Positions 42,142 to 51,963 are shown, numbered from the stretch's first letter. The stretch: DNA of 64,000 nt from Reclinomonas americana ATCC 50394 (GCA_048213135.1 PS015010.1:868001-932000); one strand, 5' to 3'. Notes: a model not told the origin generated them from the letters alone. Numbers and translations are program-made.

Positions 42142-43635
42142 ATGAGTTATAATTACCTGCCCCTCGATAAACAACCCACCAATTTTCAGCAGATCAAAAA
42201 CCTCCTGGCCTTCGACCAGCTGGTGTCCATCACTTTTGATGCGCATTTCCGCATTACCGAGTGCAGGGCTTACCTGGACAGGAAGATGGAAGAAGAAAAT
42301 TCACTTTATTACGGTATCAATACGGGCTTTGGCTTTTTGCAGAATGTACGGGTAGATAAGGACCAGTTGGCGGCGCTGCAAAGCAACCTCATACAATCGC
42401 ATGCCTGCGGGATGGGGGAGGAAGTACCAAAAGATATTGTGAAGCTGATGGTGATGCTGAAGATCAAATCGCTCAGTTATGGCCACAGCGGTGTGCAGAT
42501 AGATACGGTAAAAAGGTTGATGGATATGTACAATGCCGATATGTTCCCTGTCATTTATACCCAGGGGTCACTCGGCGCATCAGGCGACCTTGCCCCGCTC
42601 AGTCACCTCAGCCTGCCGCTGATAGGACTGGGTGAAGTGAATTATAAAGGACAGCGGATGTCAGCCGCGGAAGCGCTGAAACAGGAGGGATGGGAACCTA
42701 TTGTATTGCAAAGTAAAGAAGGACTGGCGCTCATCAATGGTACACAGTTCATGAGTGCTTATGGTTTGCACAACCTGGTGCAGGCCGACCGTTTGCTGAA
42801 ATGGGCCGATATTATTGCCGCCATCAGTTTCGATGCCTTCGATTGCACCACCGAACCGCTCAATGAAAAAATACACGCCATCCGCAGTCACAAAGGGCAG
42901 GTGCATACCGCCGCCCGCTTGCGGGAACTGCTCAGTGGCAGCGCCATCGCCGCACAGAAAAAATCGCAGGTGCAGGACGCTTATTCTTTCCGTTGCACAC
43001 CGCAGGTGCATGGCGCTACCAAAGACACTGTGGAATATGTACAGTCTGTTTTCATTAAAGAAATCAATTCTGTAACCGATAACCCCAATATCTTCCCCGA
43101 CGATGACCTCATCGTTAGTGGTGGTAACTTCCACGGTCAGCCGCTGGCGCTTACGCTCGACTTTTTGAGTATCGCCATGAGCGAGATCGGCAGCATCTCC
43201 GAACGCCGTACTTACCAGCTCATTAGCGGGCAGCGTGGTCTGCCGCCTTTCCTGGTAAAAGATGCCGGTCTGCATTCCGGTTTGATGATACCGCAGTACA
43301 CCGCAGCCGGCATCGTAAGTGAGAACAAGCAATTGTGTACCCCCGCGTCTGTAGATTCCATACCATCCAGCAACAACCAGGAAGACCATGTAAGCATGGG
43401 CGCCAATGCTGCCACCAAATGCAAACGGGTGATCGATAACGTAGAGAAGGTACTCGCTATAGAGCTGCTCACCGCCGTACAGGCATTGGAGTTCCGCAGG
43501 CCGCTGCAAAGTTCGCCGGCCATTGAAGCCATAGTAAGCGAATTCCGCAAAGAGGTTTCCTTCAATGATGCAGACAGGATACTGCATGAGGATATGAAGA
43601 AGGCGGTGGCGTTTATTCAAATGGATACAATGTGA
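42142..43635 (+). CDS. hutH: Histidine ammonia-lyase
   Basis: YGINTGFG, GASGDLAPL (MIO Ala-Ser-Gly), KEGLALINGT, QDAYSFRC, GNFHG; -7 box at 42107. Confidence 0.97.
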   Translation: MSYNYLPLDKQPTNFQQIKNLLAFDQLVSITFDAHFRITECRAYLDRKMEEENSLYYGINTGFGFLQNVRVDKDQLAALQSNLIQSHACGMGEEVPKDIVKLMVMLKIKSLSYGHSGVQIDTVKRLMDMYNADMFPVIYTQGSLGASGDLAPLSHLSLPLIGLGEVNYKGQRMSAAEALKQEGWEPIVLQSKEGLALINGTQFMSAYGLHNLVQADRLLKWADIIAAISFDAFDCTTEPLNEKIHAIRSHKGQVHTAARLRELLSGSAIAAQKKSQVQDAYSFRCTPQVHGATKDTVEYVQSVFIKEINSVTDNPNIFPDDDLIVSGGNFHGQPLALTLDFLSIAMSEIGSISERRTYQLISGQRGLPPFLVKDAGLHSGLMIPQYTAAGIVSENKQLCTPASVDSIPSSNNQEDHVSMGANAATKCKRVIDNVEKVLAIELLTAVQALEFRRPLQSSPAIEAIVSEFRKEVSFNDADRILHEDMKKAVAFIQMDTM

Positions 43636-43681
43636 AGATTTGAAAATTTGACAATTTAATGCCAGGTATGGGTTCTTATAT

Positions 43682-44557
43682 ATGAGTAGGTTTTTTTATT
43701 TCATAGGTTTAAGCTTCTCTTTATCCTTTTTCATTTCCTGCCACAGGAATGAGGCCCGATATTATTTAAAGGAGCAATGGCTGACCACTTCTTCAAAACA
43801 CTTCCCGGTAAGATCAAATCCCGCAGAAGTTATCGAATACTTTTATAATGGGGTTTCAGCTATTGATACAAACATAATTGTCAACAGCAAAGCTTATGAT
43901 TTGTATGCTTATGACGGAGTAGGTAATTTGTTAAAGCGGGAACTGTATTACGCTGATAGTATGGGTGTTAAAAGTATTCATCAGTATAAAACTGATGGGT
44001 ACAGCATCAGCTATTTTTATCAAAGTAGAGCGGACATTAAACTACAGAAAAAATACCTGTTTGAATCCGTTTCGGGCGGGAAATTCCGGGCGACGAATAC
44101 TTCTGATTCATCTGATAAAAAGGCGACCTATTATTCTTACAAAAAGAATGGGGATCAGGTTATTATTGAACAACAATTTGAAGACAGGCAACAGGCCCAA
44201 ATTGATGTATATGACGGACAGCGACCCTTAACCAGAACAATACAAGTGACCAATAATTCGATTTCAAGTACTGCGGTCACACAGTATTATTATGGGAAAG
44301 ATAAAGGTCTTGACAGTATTATAGAAAAAAGTGAGAATGCAAGCAGGATAATATTTACTCGAAATAAACAAGGTGACCCTATTACAGAATTGGTGATCGA
44401 TTCGAAGAATGATACAATCAGGTATCTCGCTTATACTTATCGCTACGATGATAAGGGAAACTGGGTTCGCCGGGTTGAAGAGGACCATTCGCCTGTAAGT
44501 CCTTATTCTCTTCATCAAAAGTATAGTCTGATTATTCGCCGGATCGCATATCGTTAG
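43682..44557 (+). CDS. AT-rich hypothetical lipoprotein with YD/RHS-like motifs
   Basis: Lipobox FISC; YAYDGVGNL, YTYRYDDKGNW. Confidence 0.7.
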   Translation: MSRFFYFIGLSFSLSFFISCHRNEARYYLKEQWLTTSSKHFPVRSNPAEVIEYFYNGVSAIDTNIIVNSKAYDLYAYDGVGNLLKRELYYADSMGVKSIHQYKTDGYSISYFYQSRADIKLQKKYLFESVSGGKFRATNTSDSSDKKATYYSYKKNGDQVIIEQQFEDRQQAQIDVYDGQRPLTRTIQVTNNSISSTAVTQYYYGKDKGLDSIIEKSENASRIIFTRNKQGDPITELVIDSKNDTIRYLAYTYRYDDKGNWVRRVEEDHSPVSPYSLHQKYSLIIRRIAYR

Positions 44558-44688
44558 CACCTCATTTTCTTTTTTACAGCCAATTTAGAATCTTTCCTGC
44601 TATTAGGGCCACAATGGTAAACGATTCTCTGCTGTTCATTCTCAATTCTTTAGTACTTTTGTTACATTCCTAAAACGATTATAACGCT

Positions 44689-46368
44689 ATGTCAGCCACT
44701 ACCGTTTCCAAGTACGACCCCATTAAGTATAAAACCCCTACAGGCAATACCTTAAACTGCAAAGGCTGGGTACAGGAAGCCGCCCTTCGCATGCTGCTCA
44801 ACAACCTCGATCCCGAAGTGGCCGAACGCCCCGATGACCTCATCGTATACGGCGGCAGGGGAAAAGCGGCACGTAACTTTGAAGCGCTCGACAACATCAT
44901 CAAAGGACTGAAAATACTGGAAGAAGATGAATCGCTGCTGATACAAAGCGGCAAACCCGTGGGCATTCTCAAAACACATAAAGATGCACCCCGCGTACTG
45001 CTCAGCAACAGCCAGCTCGTACCCAACTGGGCCAACTGGCACCACTTCGATGAACTGGAAAAGAAAGGCCTCATCATGTACGGGCAAATGACCGCCGGTT
45101 CCTGGATATACATCGGTTCGCAGGGCATTGTGCAGGGAACGTATGAAACGTATGCAGCCGCGGCCGATAAACATTTCGGCGGCACACTCAAAGGCACGCT
45201 CAACGTAACCGCCGGCCTGGGTGGTATGGGTGGCGCTCAGCCGCTGGCCATTACCATGAACGAAGGTGTGGCGCTCATCGCTGAAGTAGAGGAGTGGCGT
45301 ATCGACAAACGTATCGAAACCCGTTACTGCGACGAAAAATTTACGGATATAGACGCGGCCATCGATGCCGCATTACAATATAAAGCTGCCGGTGAGGCTA
45401 AAAGCATCGGCGTGCTTTGCAATGCCGTGCATCTTTTGCAACGGCTGATCGACCGCAACATCATTCCCGATACACTCACCGATCAAACCAGCGCCCACGA
45501 TCCGCTCATCGGTTATGTACCGCACACCCTCAGCAACGAACAGGCCAATGCGTTGCGTAAAGACAATCCAGATCAATACATCAGCCTCAGCTACGACAGT
45601 ATGAAACTGCACGTGGAACTGATGCTGCAGTTACAGCAACTGGGCGCCATTACATTCGATTACGGCAATAATATCCGTGCCCGCGCCAAAGAACGCGGAC
45701 TGGAAAATGCGTTTGATTTCCCCGGGTTTGTACCCGCGTATATACGTCCGCTCTTCTGCGAAGGCAAAGGGCCTTTCCGCTGGGCGGCACTCAGTGGCGA
45801 TCCTGCCGATATAGCCGTTACCGACGAGCTCATCATGAACATGTTCCCCGAAAACAAAGGGCTCCTGCGCTGGATGAAAATGGCGAAAGAAAAGATCGCC
45901 TTCCAGGGGCTTCCTGCCCGCATCTGCTGGCTGGGACAGGGTGAACGCGAAAAAGCGGGACTTGCCTTCAACGAACTCGTACGCAATGGTAAGGTGAAAG
46001 CGCCCATAGTTATAGGACGCGACCATCTTGATACCGGCTCCGTAGCCAGTCCCAACCGCGAAACAGAATCCATGATGGATGGCAGTGATGCCATTGCCGA
46101 CTGGCCCATCCTCAACGCCCTGGTGAACACCGCCGGTGGCGCCAGTTGGGTAAGTCTGCACCACGGCGGTGGAGTAGGTATGGGATACAGCATTCACGCC
46201 GGTATGGTTATAGTAGCCGATGGTACCGCCGATGCTGAAGCCCGCCTGGCCCGTGTTCTCCGCAATGATCCGGGTATGGGTGTGATCAGGCATGCGGATG
46301 CGGGGTATGAGATAGCGAAAGAGACAGCAAAAGAACATCATCTTGATATAGAAGGAAAACTGAAGTAA
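44689..46368 (+). CDS. hutU: Urocanate hydratase
   Basis: [48 protein letters not shown]; -7 box at 44654. Confidence 0.98.
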   Translation: MSATTVSKYDPIKYKTPTGNTLNCKGWVQEAALRMLLNNLDPEVAERPDDLIVYGGRGKAARNFEALDNIIKGLKILEEDESLLIQSGKPVGILKTHKDAPRVLLSNSQLVPNWANWHHFDELEKKGLIMYGQMTAGSWIYIGSQGIVQGTYETYAAAADKHFGGTLKGTLNVTAGLGGMGGAQPLAITMNEGVALIAEVEEWRIDKRIETRYCDEKFTDIDAAIDAALQYKAAGEAKSIGVLCNAVHLLQRLIDRNIIPDTLTDQTSAHDPLIGYVPHTLSNEQANALRKDNPDQYISLSYDSMKLHVELMLQLQQLGAITFDYGNNIRARAKERGLENAFDFPGFVPAYIRPLFCEGKGPFRWAALSGDPADIAVTDELIMNMFPENKGLLRWMKMAKEKIAFQGLPARICWLGQGEREKAGLAFNELVRNGKVKAPIVIGRDHLDTGSVASPNRETESMMDGSDAIADWPILNALVNTAGGASWVSLHHGGGVGMGYSIHAGMVIVADGTADAEARLARVLRNDPGMGVIRHADAGYEIAKETAKEHHLDIEGKLK

Positions 46369-46378
46369 CGCTTCCTTT

Positions 46379-46727
46379 CGCCGCTGCCTGGTCTCCTGAC
46401 CAGCAGCATATGTGATGTACCCAACTGCTGTACTACTATTGAGCTGTAGTGGCGTCGCACTCTTGTGCAGTATCACTTTATTCACCGCCGCTGCTTCGTC
46501 TCCTGACTAGCAGCATTTGTGGGATTTTTCATGTACCCGTCTGCTGTACTGCTATTGAGCTGCAGTGGCGCCGTAGTCTTGTGTCGTATCGCTTTACTCT
46601 CGCCGCTGCCTGATCTCCTGACTAGCAGCATCTGTGGGTATTTCATGTACCCAGCTGCTGTACTGCTATTGAGCGTAACAGGAAGCAATTTGTAATGCTT
46701 GGGAGAGTTCTCTTCGAGTAAAAGAGC
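46379..46727. repeat. Three tandem ~110-bp composite units headed by REP GCTGC-CTGGTC-TCCY-GACCAG-CAGC
   Basis: Units at 46379, 46486, 46601; the block recurs at 54662-54828. Confidence 0.9.
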
Positions 46728-46764
46728 AATTGCATCAATGACATGCATAGGAGCTGTGTTTATG

Positions 46765-46797
46765 TAATAAATTTCATATATTTATTAGTTGTACGCA
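46765..46797 (+). other. Putative attI-like primary site / left boundary of the cassette array
   Basis: TAATAAAT-N7-ATTTATTA inverted repeat abutting G|TTGTACGCA (46788-46797). Confidence 0.45.
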
Positions 46798-47760
46798 ACC
46801 TAATACAAACCTTATGGACAATTTAAACGACTTACATATTCTGACAGACGATGGTGTAATTGGCTTGACAAGCCACAATACACTTGAGACAAACGTAACT
46901 TTTGACAAAGCCGAGGCTTATTTTAAAGATGTTGAGAAATCTCTCATTAAAAAAATTGAAGATAATTCTAAAGGGTTCATTTTTGGAAGTGTTGCCTGGT
47001 TGACATCAGAAAAAATAATTAGCGCTTTAGCCAAATGTGACAATGTTCAAATATTAATACAGAAAGAAGATTTTCTAAGACCAGACTATGGTGACAATTT
47101 TAAAGAAAAAGAAAGAAGACAAAAATATAGGACTCTATATTCAACACTAAAGTTTTTGCATGACAAATTTGATTGCCGTCCACCAATATGTAACCTATCC
47201 ACAGGTGGTGACCCAACTGTTGAACCAGTTAGATGTTTAGGAAATGTCAACTCTGGCCTAAAGAAAGCAATGCCAAGAGCTCATAATAAATTCCTTGTTT
47301 TTTGCAACCAGATAAAAGAATCGTCAGACCAAACAAGACAAAAGAGTGAAAGTATTTATAAGCCAATTGCAATATGGACAGGTTCTTTCAATTTTACATA
47401 CAATGCGGACAAGTCATTTGAAAATGCAATCTATTTAGAAGACAAATCGGGTGACAATCCATTGATAGAATCATATTTAAAAGAACATCACCAAATATTT
47501 GCATTATCTGAACCATTAGATTGGGAACATCATTGGACGGAACCTGAATATAGGATTGGGACATAGGTATGCGTACAACATTGGATTTTATACAAGTTGT
47601 GTATGGCCAGTAAACATCAACAAATTGCAAAGCCAGGTAGGTGTTCGGGCTGGACAAATAACTTTCAGCTTTAGTTCTTAAACTCAGCTTTATATTTTCA
47701 ATCAGCAGAGGTTATCGGCTGACGGATTTCTAATTCCCAACCTGCACAAAGCCTCGGCCG
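46789..47760 (+). mobile_element. Integron-like gene cassette 1 (972 bp, PLD gene)
   Basis: Start GTTGTACGCA is the exact reverse complement of TGCGTACAAC just after the stop codon. Confidence 0.7.
46814..47566 (+). CDS. Single-domain phospholipase D-superfamily protein (Nuc-like putative nuclease)
   Basis: VAWLT, AHNKFLVFC (HxK, with C at the usual Asp position), WTGSFNFT, ENAI. Confidence 0.82.
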   Translation: MDNLNDLHILTDDGVIGLTSHNTLETNVTFDKAEAYFKDVEKSLIKKIEDNSKGFIFGSVAWLTSEKIISALAKCDNVQILIQKEDFLRPDYGDNFKEKERRQKYRTLYSTLKFLHDKFDCRPPICNLSTGGDPTVEPVRCLGNVNSGLKKAMPRAHNKFLVFCNQIKESSDQTRQKSESIYKPIAIWTGSFNFTYNADKSFENAIYLEDKSGDNPLIESYLKEHHQIFALSEPLDWEHHWTEPEYRIGT

Positions 47761-47768
47761 TTATCTGT
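47570..47768 (+). other. attC-like element A
   Basis: AAC 47577-79 and GTT 47760-62; inner arms TTTTATACAAGTTG (47586-99) and CAACCTGCACAAAG (47738-51). Confidence 0.7.
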
Positions 47769-50629
47769 CAGGCAAAACGAAACCCCGATGAAACAAACGA
47801 AGTCTTAAAAAAACGAGTAACAAATATGATATTGACAATAAGTATCATTGTGATTGCATTGTTAGCGGCTTTTATTGTTTACCGACAATCGTTAGAAAAG
47901 AAAAAATATCAAGACGGAACTTACCTATCTAACTTACAACAAATTGCTTCGTTTTTTGACACAATCCAATCCCTAAACGACTACGTTACTTGGGTACAGC
48001 GTGACGAAATAAAAGCGACATATTCGGAAGTCGGAAAATATTTTAAAAGCAAATTCAACTTTTATAAAAAAGAAGAAGCCATAAAAAAATTCAATGAGAT
48101 TTTCAGCGACCTTGATAACTACGTTGTCCGATACAATCAAAACTATGTCCGTGAGCAAAAGGAAAAACTTAACCAATATTTTGATGATATTGAGGGCAAA
48201 AAGTTAGATGAGCAACAACGAACAGCACTAATAACAGACGAGTATTCAAACTTGATTATTGCTGGTGCAGGTTCGGGAAAAACTTTAACTATTATTGGTA
48301 AAGTGAAATATTTGATAGAGCAGAAAAATGTAAAACCCGAAAACATTTTACTTCTATCATTCACTAAAAAAACGGTCGATGAATTAAATGAACGATTAAA
48401 GAACATTGGATTGAGTGCAAGAGCAACGACTTTTCATAAACTTGGATACGATACTATAAAAAAGCACTTAGCAACTGTTCCAGTATTAACCAATGAAAAC
48501 ACATTAGGTAAAATTGTCAGAGATTATTTGACAAAAGAAATCCTCGACAACTCCGAAGCCTTAGAAGCCTACATTGTTTACGTGGCTTGCTATATGAGTA
48601 TTCCAGAAAAACACGAAAGCTATAACTCACTTGGTGAAAAATTAGATACTGAAAAAGGCATTGATTTTCAAACTTTGAAATCTAAATGCGAACCAGAATT
48701 AAACAAAGTTGCCAAAGCGTTACTTGGCACGATTCAAGGTGAAAAAGTAAAAAGCGTTGAAGAGCTTACGATAGCAAACTTCTTGTACCTAAACGGCATT
48801 GAGTACGAATACGAAAAAGCATATCCCTTTAGCAGTACTGTTTATCGTCCCGATTTTTATCTCAAAGACTACGACATTTATTTGGAACATTTTGGTGTTG
48901 ACGAAAACAACAGAGCCAAATGGCTGACACCATTCAACGAACGGAAATATGTCGAAGAAATGGAGCTAAAAAGAGAAGCTCATAAAACACATGGCACCAA
49001 ACTTTTAGAAACCTATTCCTATTACAACAGAGACCACATTTTGCTCGATAAGCTGCGGGAAATGTTGGAAAATGAAAATGTAATTTTTAAGCCAAGAGAT
49101 GCAAAAAGCATTTACGCCAAAGTAACCGACAGCGACAAAAATTTCGGAAAGGAAATCACAAACCTTATTGTAACATTTATCAACCTTAGTAAATCACGAC
49201 AATTAAGCTGTGAGGCAATAATATCGCTATTTTCAGACAGCAAAAAAGCCGAAAATAGTTATATGCTCGAACGACAGGAAATCTTTTTGAAATTCGCTCT
49301 GCCAGCCCTCAAAAAGTATGATAGTACGCTACGAGAGAAAAATGAAATTGATTTTAATGATATGATAAATAAGGCGACTGGTATCATCAAGGAAAGTAAG
49401 CCTGCATACAACTATCAACACATCATCATTGACGAGTATCAAGATATTTCCTATTCTCGTTTCAATCTCATTAAGCAAATTCGAGAATTGTCGGGGGCGA
49501 GACTAATTTGTGTTGGCGATGATTGGCAATCTATTTATCGATTTGCAGGTAGCGACATTTCTTTGTTCAGCAATTTTGAAAAGTACGTCGGCAAACACGA
49601 GCAGCTATTTATTGAACAAACATATCGTAATTCGCAATCGCTCATTGACATAACTTCAAAGTATATTCAAAAAAACACCAAGCAAATTTCTAAAAATCCG
49701 AGGTCAAAAAAAGAGTCTTTGGAAAACCCCATTAAATTTGTCTATTATTCACAAGACAATGCCGATGATGTTTTCATCAATGCAATCCAAACACTCATCG
49801 ACAAAAACGGCAAGAAGCCTATTTTGGTATTGGGTCGTCATAGCTTTGACATCAACGAATTTATCAAACTCACACCCAACAGCAAGATTAAATATTACGA
49901 ACGAAGTGATGAATTGGAAGTGCAAGGCTTTGGAGACATTGACATCAAATACATAACCGTACATAAATCCAAAGGATTGGAAGCAGACAATGTAATCGTA
50001 CTAAACCTAAAAAATCACCTGCTCGGTTTCCCCAACAAAATGACAGACGACCCAATGTTGTCCTTATTACTTAGCGATGATGAAGAATATCGTTTTGCAG
50101 AAGAGCGAAGACTGTTTTATGTGGCACTCACACGGACGAAAAATGAAGTTGTGTTGCTTATTCCGACCGATGTTTCTCTGTTTGCAGAAGAACTCATTAA
50201 AGATAACGGCTTTTTGCTGACAACAGTTAACGAACAAGCAAGCAAAACAAATTGTCCATATTGCCAAACAGGACATCTTGTTGTTCGACAAAATTCTGTA
50301 AAAAACAATCAATTTTTAGGATGTTCGCATTACCCAGCTTGCAATCAGACATTTAATGACATCGAAATTTTGGAAAACACAATACTTTGCCCAAGTTGCA
50401 AAAGTGGGTTTATGATAAAAAGGAGTGGACAATACGGAAACTTTTTAGGATGTACAAATTATCCGAAATGCAGAAACACAATAAATCTGCACACTGCTCG
50501 AACAGATAACGTCGATTTTGAATAATGACGGGTGAAGTGCTACTATGAAGTATTTCAATAAATTTGAACTTCGGCTCTTCGTTTCAAAGGTAATGCTACA
50601 ATGCCCCTGCTTCGCAATGCCCGAAACCG
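47761..50629 (+). mobile_element. Integron-like gene cassette 2 (2869 bp, helicase gene)
   Basis: Start GTTATCTGT is the exact reverse complement of ACAGATAAC (50502-50510) at the gene end. Confidence 0.7.
47826..50525 (+). CDS. UvrD/helicase IV-like SF1 helicase with N-terminal TM, nuclease-like insert and two C4 zinc ribbons
   Basis: AGAGSGKT, IIDEYQD, VGDDWQSIY, TVHKSKGLE, EERRLFYVALTR; YRPDFYL..IYLEHFG insert; CPYC/FLGC..YP.C twice. Confidence 0.92.
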   Translation: MILTISIIVIALLAAFIVYRQSLEKKKYQDGTYLSNLQQIASFFDTIQSLNDYVTWVQRDEIKATYSEVGKYFKSKFNFYKKEEAIKKFNEIFSDLDNYVVRYNQNYVREQKEKLNQYFDDIEGKKLDEQQRTALITDEYSNLIIAGAGSGKTLTIIGKVKYLIEQKNVKPENILLLSFTKKTVDELNERLKNIGLSARATTFHKLGYDTIKKHLATVPVLTNENTLGKIVRDYLTKEILDNSEALEAYIVYVACYMSIPEKHESYNSLGEKLDTEKGIDFQTLKSKCEPELNKVAKALLGTIQGEKVKSVEELTIANFLYLNGIEYEYEKAYPFSSTVYRPDFYLKDYDIYLEHFGVDENNRAKWLTPFNERKYVEEMELKREAHKTHGTKLLETYSYYNRDHILLDKLREMLENENVIFKPRDAKSIYAKVTDSDKNFGKEITNLIVTFINLSKSRQLSCEAIISLFSDSKKAENSYMLERQEIFLKFALPALKKYDSTLREKNEIDFNDMINKATGIIKESKPAYNYQHIIIDEYQDISYSRFNLIKQIRELSGARLICVGDDWQSIYRFAGSDISLFSNFEKYVGKHEQLFIEQTYRNSQSLIDITSKYIQKNTKQISKNPRSKKESLENPIKFVYYSQDNADDVFINAIQTLIDKNGKKPILVLGRHSFDINEFIKLTPNSKIKYYERSDELEVQGFGDIDIKYITVHKSKGLEADNVIVLNLKNHLLGFPNKMTDDPMLSLLLSDDEEYRFAEERRLFYVALTRTKNEVVLLIPTDVSLFAEELIKDNGFLLTTVNEQASKTNCPYCQTGHLVVRQNSVKNNQFLGCSHYPACNQTFNDIEILENTILCPSCKSGFMIKRSGQYGNFLGCTNYPKCRNTINLHTARTDNVDFE

Positions 50630-50637
50630 TTAATGGC
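50502..50637 (+). other. attC-like element B (degenerate)
   Basis: ACAGATAAC at the left end and CCGTTAAT (GTT 50629-31) at the right; weak inner arms. Confidence 0.55.
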
Positions 50638-50944
50638 TGTTTTGTACGACACTCTCTGCCCACAAAAACAGAATGGCAAAATTTCCAATTCTAATACCAT
50701 TCATGTTGTCTTTTACTGTCATTGGAAAACAAAATTTGGCACTGCACTGGTACCAAACCACTCTCCCTGAGTATACCAGTCTTTNNNNNNNNNNNNNNNN
50801 NNNNNNNNNNNNNNNNNNNNNNNNNNNNNNNNNNNNNNNNNNNNNNNNNNNNNNNNNNNNNNNNNNNNNNNNNNNNNNNNNNNNNNNNNNNNNNNNNNNN
50901 NNNNNNNNNNNNNNNNNNNNNNNNNNNNNNNNNNNNNNNNNNNN

Positions 50945-51450
50945 CCCCGGCCCTCTCCCTCTACCCTTTCTTTTTCTATTCGTTGCCGAATTTTATACTG
51001 GGGTACATATTTTAAACTTTCGGCCAGTTCTTCCAAGAGCCCGGTTTCTGCGAAGCTGTAATACCCGGTGGGGCTGATGATAAAATGGTCGACGATTTTA
51101 ATATTGATGAGTTCCCCGCACTGGATAAGCTGATTGGTGAGGTCTTTGTCTTGCGGCGAGGGCATTAAATTGCCGGAGGGATGGTTGTGCACGAGTATGA
51201 TGGTGATGGCCTTTTTCTGCAATGGTATGCTGAATACTTCCATGGGTTCGGCAATGGTTTGGGTGGCACTGCCCATACTGATGAGTTCGATATTGAGGAT
51301 TTTACGGGCATTGCTAAGGCTGATGACCCAGAAGTGCTCGCGGTTGCGGTCTATCTTATTTTCCCGCATGAGTATGCGCTTCATAATCTCGAACACCTCC
51401 ATGGGGTTCATTGGTTTGCTCTTTTCGTCGGGTGTCAATTTAATGTTCAT
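50945..51450 (-). CDS. RadC/JAB domain protein (3' end lies in the gap)
   Basis: REHFWVISL, EPMEVF, HNHPSGNLMPSPQD, DHFII; runs into EGEGR at the gap. Confidence 0.88.
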
Positions 51451-51837
51451 TTGGTACGTGTTAAAGATAAATGAATGCACTTCTTCCCTGCCCTGCTTTG
51501 GCGGGAAATAAGTTCATGTAAAATATATAATAAGACGACCGGGACGATTGCGGGGATTACGTATGTGGTGGGGGAATTTTCTTTTGGGGATGGGGAATAA
51601 AACGGGAGGAGGTGGGNNNNNNNNNNNNNNNNNNNNNNNNNNNNNNNNNNNNNNNNNNNNNNNNNNNNNNNNNNNNNNNNNNNNNNNNNNNNNNNNNNNN
51701 NNNNNNNNNNNNNNNNNNNNNNNNNNNNNNNNNNNNNNNNNNNNNNNNNNNNNNNNNNNNNNNNNNNNNNNNNNNNNNNNNNNNNNNNNNNNNNNNNNNN
51801 NNNNNNNNNNNNNNNNNNNNNNNNNNNNNNNNNNNNA

Positions 51838-51951
51838 GAGGACCGTAAAGCCCGCGCCATGGCCAAGGCTATGAAGCAAAATGGCGAACCTGTAAGCAAA
51901 ATTGTACAATACACTGGCTTAAGCAAACACGTCATCAGCCGGTTGAAATAA
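51838..51951 (+). CDS. C-terminal fragment with Rpn-like HTH tail (5' part lies in the gap)
   Basis: EDRKARAMAKAMKQNGEPVSKIVQYTGLSKHVISRLK*. Confidence 0.65.
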   Translation, partial: EDRKARAMAKAMKQNGEPVSKIVQYTGLSKHVISRLK

Positions 51952-51963
51952 TTGAAAGTATTT

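Noticed and set aside
43682-44565. AT-rich gene between hutH and hutU as another cassette (CGTTAGCAC at its stop)
   Set aside because: No complementary AAC core or attC-like element found.
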